In this document: piece after piece, positions 60,001 to 64,000 of the stretch
Layout: each line of letters starts with the position of its first letter
Position numbering within the stretch: position 1 is the stretch's first letter
Origin: Mobula birostris
Lineage: Eukaryota
Length of the DNA: 64,000 nucleotides
NCBI RefSeq assembly: GCF_030028105.1
Contig: NC_092400.1
Coordinates: forward strand, 18,104,001 to 18,168,000
Direction: 5' to 3'
The notes under the pieces: generated by a model
Told to the model about the DNA's origin: nothing
Databases searched by the model: none
What the model saw: only the letters and a program-made list of their open reading frames with translations
Position numbers and translations under genes: made by a program

Positions 60001-61620
60001 CAGGTGTCCCCCACTTTTTGAACGTTCGCTTTACGAAACCTCACTGTTACGAGAGACCTACATTAGTACCCTGTTTTCGCTTTCAGAAGGTGTTTTCACT
60101 GTTACAAAAAACAAGCAGCACGCTATAAAAGGCAGCGCGTGCCCCGAGCTGCCGCTCTCCCCAGATTCGGAACGGCATTCTCGTCGGCATTGCTTAAACA
60201 CATGCCTGTGAGCAGTCATTTGCAAGATGAGTTTTGTGGTATCGGAAAAGCCTAAAAGAGCTCGTAAGGGTGTTGCATTTAGTGTAAAACTAGATATAAT
60301 TAAGCGTTTCGATCGTGGTGAACGAAGTAAGGACAAAGTGAGTTTGGCTTGTGGAAGCTGACAAACAGGATGTTGAAGAGGTTTTGGCATCCTATGACGA
60401 AGATCTGATAGATGAAGAGCTGATGCAATTGGAAGCAAAAAAGATAACAATCGAAACCGAATGCACTAGCCAACTGAACGTGAAGCAACTGCATGAGATT
60501 TTCGCTGTAATGATAAAGTACGACTTTAATTTTGAAAGGGTACGTAGGATTAGGGGATATTTGCAAGATGGTTTGAGTCCTTACAAAGAACTGTATGATA
60601 GAAAAATGCGCGAGGCTCCGTAGTCAAGCAAGCCTTCAACATCAGCCACAGTAGACGACGAACCTTGACCTTTGACACCGAGGTGGGCAGAGATAGAAGA
60701 TGACCTGCCTGCCCTAATGGAAACAGACAATGACAGGATGACACCCCAGTGTCCCACCACCCCAACCCCCAGGCCACGGACGGATACCGATTCGCGGTGA
60801 ATGCAGCGGTAGCCGGGAGACACACAGCACATCTTTAAGAAAAAAGCCGAAATAAACATGCTAATTAATTATGTGCCGCCCGATACGTAATTGTCAGCCC
60901 AGATCAGAGACAATGCAATCAGAAATCGGCACTGATCTGGGCCGACAATTACGTGCCGGGCGGCACCTAATTAATTAGCATGTTTGTTTCGGCTTTTTTC
61001 TTAAAGATATGCTGTGTGCCTCCCGGCTACCGCTGCACCCCTGCATGCTTCGCGGATCGGTATCAGTTGGTGGCCTGGAGGGTGGGGGCCACTGCACGAC
61101 CCCAACCTGTGACGACTCAGCCTAACACACCAACATCAGTGTGCTCAGCGCTGTCCCGATTCCAGTAAGTGATACTACACTGTACATACATTATTTCTAC
61201 TTTATATCGGCTGTGTATTTTTACATGTTATTTGGTATGATTTGACAGCTTCATAGCTTAAAGGTTACTGGAGAGCGCTTGCGCCGTGTTTTTGCCAACA
61301 GCGCTTGCGTGAGATTTTCTGCCGATGGCGCTTGCGTGAGATTTTTGCTACGGAGAACAGTTCAGTAATGATTGTGGAAAAGTATTTCTACTTTATATAG
61401 GCTGTGTATTTATCATATCATTCCTGCTTTTACTATATGTTACTGTTATTTTAGGTTTTATGTGTTATTTGGCATGATTTGGTAGGTTATTTTTGGGTCT
61501 GCGAACGCTCACAAAATTTTCCCATATAAATAAATGGTAATTGCTTCTTCGCTTTACGACGTTTCAGCTTACGAACCGTTTCTTAGGAACGCTCTACCTT
61601 CGGATGGCGGGGGAAACCTG
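60001..61620 (+). mobile_element. Tigger/pogo-like non-autonomous DNA transposon
   Basis: TA TSD; TIRs caggtgtcccc...ggggaaacctg; HTH remnant RARKGVAFSVKLDIIKRFDRGERSKD; acidic C-terminal remnant. Confidence 0.9.
60760..61088. repeat. Long internal inverted repeat in the Tigger element
   Basis: 60802-60907 pairs with 60932-61037 around a 24-nt loop, extending imperfectly outward. Confidence 0.9.
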
Positions 61621-61924
61621 TACTCTTTTTTCCAGTTTTGAGTGGTTTGATCATGGCTATCAATGCAGTCTGGGGTGCTTCAATGAAGAATGCTTTGTCC
61701 TGAAGCCTGCAGTGGGCTTGTCTTGCAATATCGAACTGAACTAAACTGAATACTGCTTTGATGTTTTATATTCTGTGTGCTTGGTGTTCTCTCGAACAGA
61801 TTCCATGGTGTTTCTTTTGTTTCGTGGCTACCTGCAGAAAGAGGACAAAATTCAATATATATGAATTCTGTGTACATACTTTGATAATAAGTGTACTTTG
61901 AATCTTTGAAGAAAATGTAAGGGT

Positions 61925-63984
61925 ATAAGGACCCTGAATGGGAGATACATACAAGCCTCTGAACAGAAGCCAGGATGTGGGATATAGATTACAACGAGAG
62001 ATGGAAAAGGCATGTAAAAAGGGCAATGTTACAATAGTAATGGGGGATTTCAGTATGCAGGTAGATTGAGAAAATCAGGTTGATGTTGGATCCCAAGAGT
62101 TGGAATTTGTAGAGTGCCTTGAGATGGCTTTTTAGAGCAGCTTGTGGTGTGGTCCCACCAGAGGAAAGGCAATTCTGGATTGGGTGTTACGTAATGAGTC
62201 AAATTTGATTAGAGAGCTTAAGGTAAAGGAACCTTTTGGAGGTAGTGATCATAATACATTAGGATTCACACTGCATTTTGAGGGGGAATCAGATGTATCA
62301 GTATTACAGTGGAGTAAAGGGAGGCATGAGACAGGAGCTGGCCGAAGTTGCTTGGAAGAGGACACTATTGGGGATGACAGCAGAACAGCAATGGCTGGAG
62401 TTTCTGGGGGCAATTCAGAAGACACAGGGTATAGGCGTCCCAAAGATGAAGAAGTATTGTAAAGGGAGAATGAAGCAACTATGGCTGACAAGGGAAGTCA
62501 AAGACAACATAAAAGCAAAGGGAGGGCATATAACAAAAATTAGTGGAAATTTAGAGGATTGGGGATCTTTTAAAAACCAACAAAAGGCAACTAAAAAGCT
62601 ATAAGGAAAACATATGAAGTATGAGTGTGAGCTAGCCAATACTGTAGAGAATACCAAATGCTTTTTCAGATGCATAAACAGTAAAAGAGAGGTGAGAACG
62701 GATATTGGACCTCTGGAAAATGATGCTGGAGGGATCGCAATGGGGGACAAAGAAATGGCAGATGAGCTTAATAATTATATTTTGTGTCAGTCTTCACTGT
62801 GGATGACACTAGCCCATGCCAGAAATTAGAGTGTGTCAGGGGGCAGAAATGAATGTAGTTATTATTACTAAGGAGAAGGTAGTTCAGAAGCTGAATGGTC
62901 TGAAGGTAAATAAGTCACCTGGACCAGATGGACTACACACTAGGGTTTTAAAAGATGTAGCTGAGGAGATTGTGGAGACATCAGTAGTGATCTTTCAAGA
63001 GCCACTAGATTCTGAAATATTCCAGAGGACTAGAAAGTTGCAAATGTCACTCCACTCTTCAAGAAGGGAGGGAGGTAGAAGAAAGGAAATTATAGGACAG
63101 TTAGCCTAACTTCAGTGGTTGGGAAGATGTGGAAACAATTATTAAGGTTCAGGTTTTGGGGTACTTAGAGGCACATGATAAAATAGACCAAAGGTCAAAG
63201 GTCAAAAGCCTTAAGGGAAAATCTTGCCCATCAAATCTGTCAGAATTCTTTGAGGAAATAGCAGGCAAGATAGACAAAGGAAAGTCAGATCATGCTGTTT
63301 ACTTGGACTTTCAGAGGGGCTTCAACAAGATGCTGCACATGAGGCTGCTTAACAAGATAAGAGGCCATGCTCTAACAGGAAAGCTACTAAAATGGATAGA
63401 AGATTGGCTGACTGGTAGGGGGTCAAAGAATGGGAATAGAGGGAGCATTTTCTTTCTGGCTGCCGGTGACTAGTGGTGCTCCGCAGGGGTTGATAATGGG
63501 ACTGCTCCTTCTTTTCATGTGATACGTCAGTGATTTGGATGATTGAATTGATGGCTTTGCGGCTAAAGTTTGCAGATGATACGAAGGGAGATGGGGGGGG
63601 CAGGAAATGTTTAGGAAGCAGGGAGTCTGGCAAAGGACTTCAACAGACTGACAGATGGAATATAGTGTAGGAAAGTGTATGGCCACTCACTTTGGTAGAA
63701 AGAATAAAGGCATATACTGTTTTCTAAATGAGGAGAAGATTCAAAAAGTCAAAGAGTGTTGGGGGGGCTTGGAGGTCTGTGTGCAGGATTTCCTAAAGGT
63801 TAACTTGCAGTGGTGATGAAGGCAAATCCAATGTCATCATTCACTTTGAAGGACTAGAATATAAGAACAAGGATATAACACCGTAACTTCATAAGGCATT
63901 GGCCATACTGCACTTGGAGTATTGTGAGCAGTTTTGGGGCCCTTAACTAAGAACAGATGTGCTCGCATTGGAGAGGGTCCAGAG
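61925..63984 (+). mobile_element. CR1 LINE ORF2, degenerate (EN to RT C-terminus)
   Basis: PTRGKAILDWVL, GSDHN, KSPGPDGLHTRVLKD, AVYLDFQRGFNK, KFADDT. Confidence 0.92.
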
Positions 63985-64000
63985 CAGGGGTTCCCAACCT
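63985..64000 (+). mobile_element. Start of a hAT MITE (runs off the window)
   Basis: caggggttcccaacct TIR inserted in CR1. Confidence 0.6.

Larger units (their letters stand above)
59448..61910 (+). mobile_element. Non-autonomous retroelement (AAGATGG start, TTTGAA tail) split by a Tigger insertion
   Basis: caagatggtgcc...ctgggta | ctcttttttcc...gtactttgaatctttgaa. Confidence 0.6.

Noticed and set aside
61272-61350. Three spaced gcgcttgcg repeats (and the 8815-8945 tandem pair) as a CRISPR-like array
   Set aside because: Eukaryotic context; intervening sequences are mutually similar, so these are simple tandem duplications inside TEs

Overview
Eukaryotic (vertebrate) genomic DNA of roughly 40-45% GC, dominated by decayed transposable elements. 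The repeat mix (CR1, Rex1/Babar, RTE, Penelope with hammerhead-bearing termini, V-SINE, Tc1/Tigger/hAT MITEs, solo LTRs) suggests a cartilaginous fish, probably a ray; this is inference. The only host genes I can support are four intronless class A GPCRs of the hydroxycarboxylic-acid/oxoeicosanoid receptor (HCAR/OXER1) family. Three closely related copies lie on the minus strand in a mosaic tandem duplication (1-33 kb), and one more divergent copy lies on the plus strand at 51.4-52.5 kb. The cluster shows birth-and-death traces: a start-codon/upstream-region stub of a lost copy, a gene-less older unit, conversion-like patchwork, and one copy whose premature stop creates a new PDZ-type C-terminus. 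All four carry Lys at TM5 position 5.46 where the mammalian family has Glu. Other notable items are several minimal hammerhead-ribozyme motifs in short Penelope terminal insertions, an ORF1-retaining but RT-less I/Nimb-like LINE with a perfect 14-bp TSD, and a Hero-type RLE retrotransposon fragment. Most short ORFs in the supplied track are TE remnants or antisense shadows. TE boundaries without a stated TSD are approximate.
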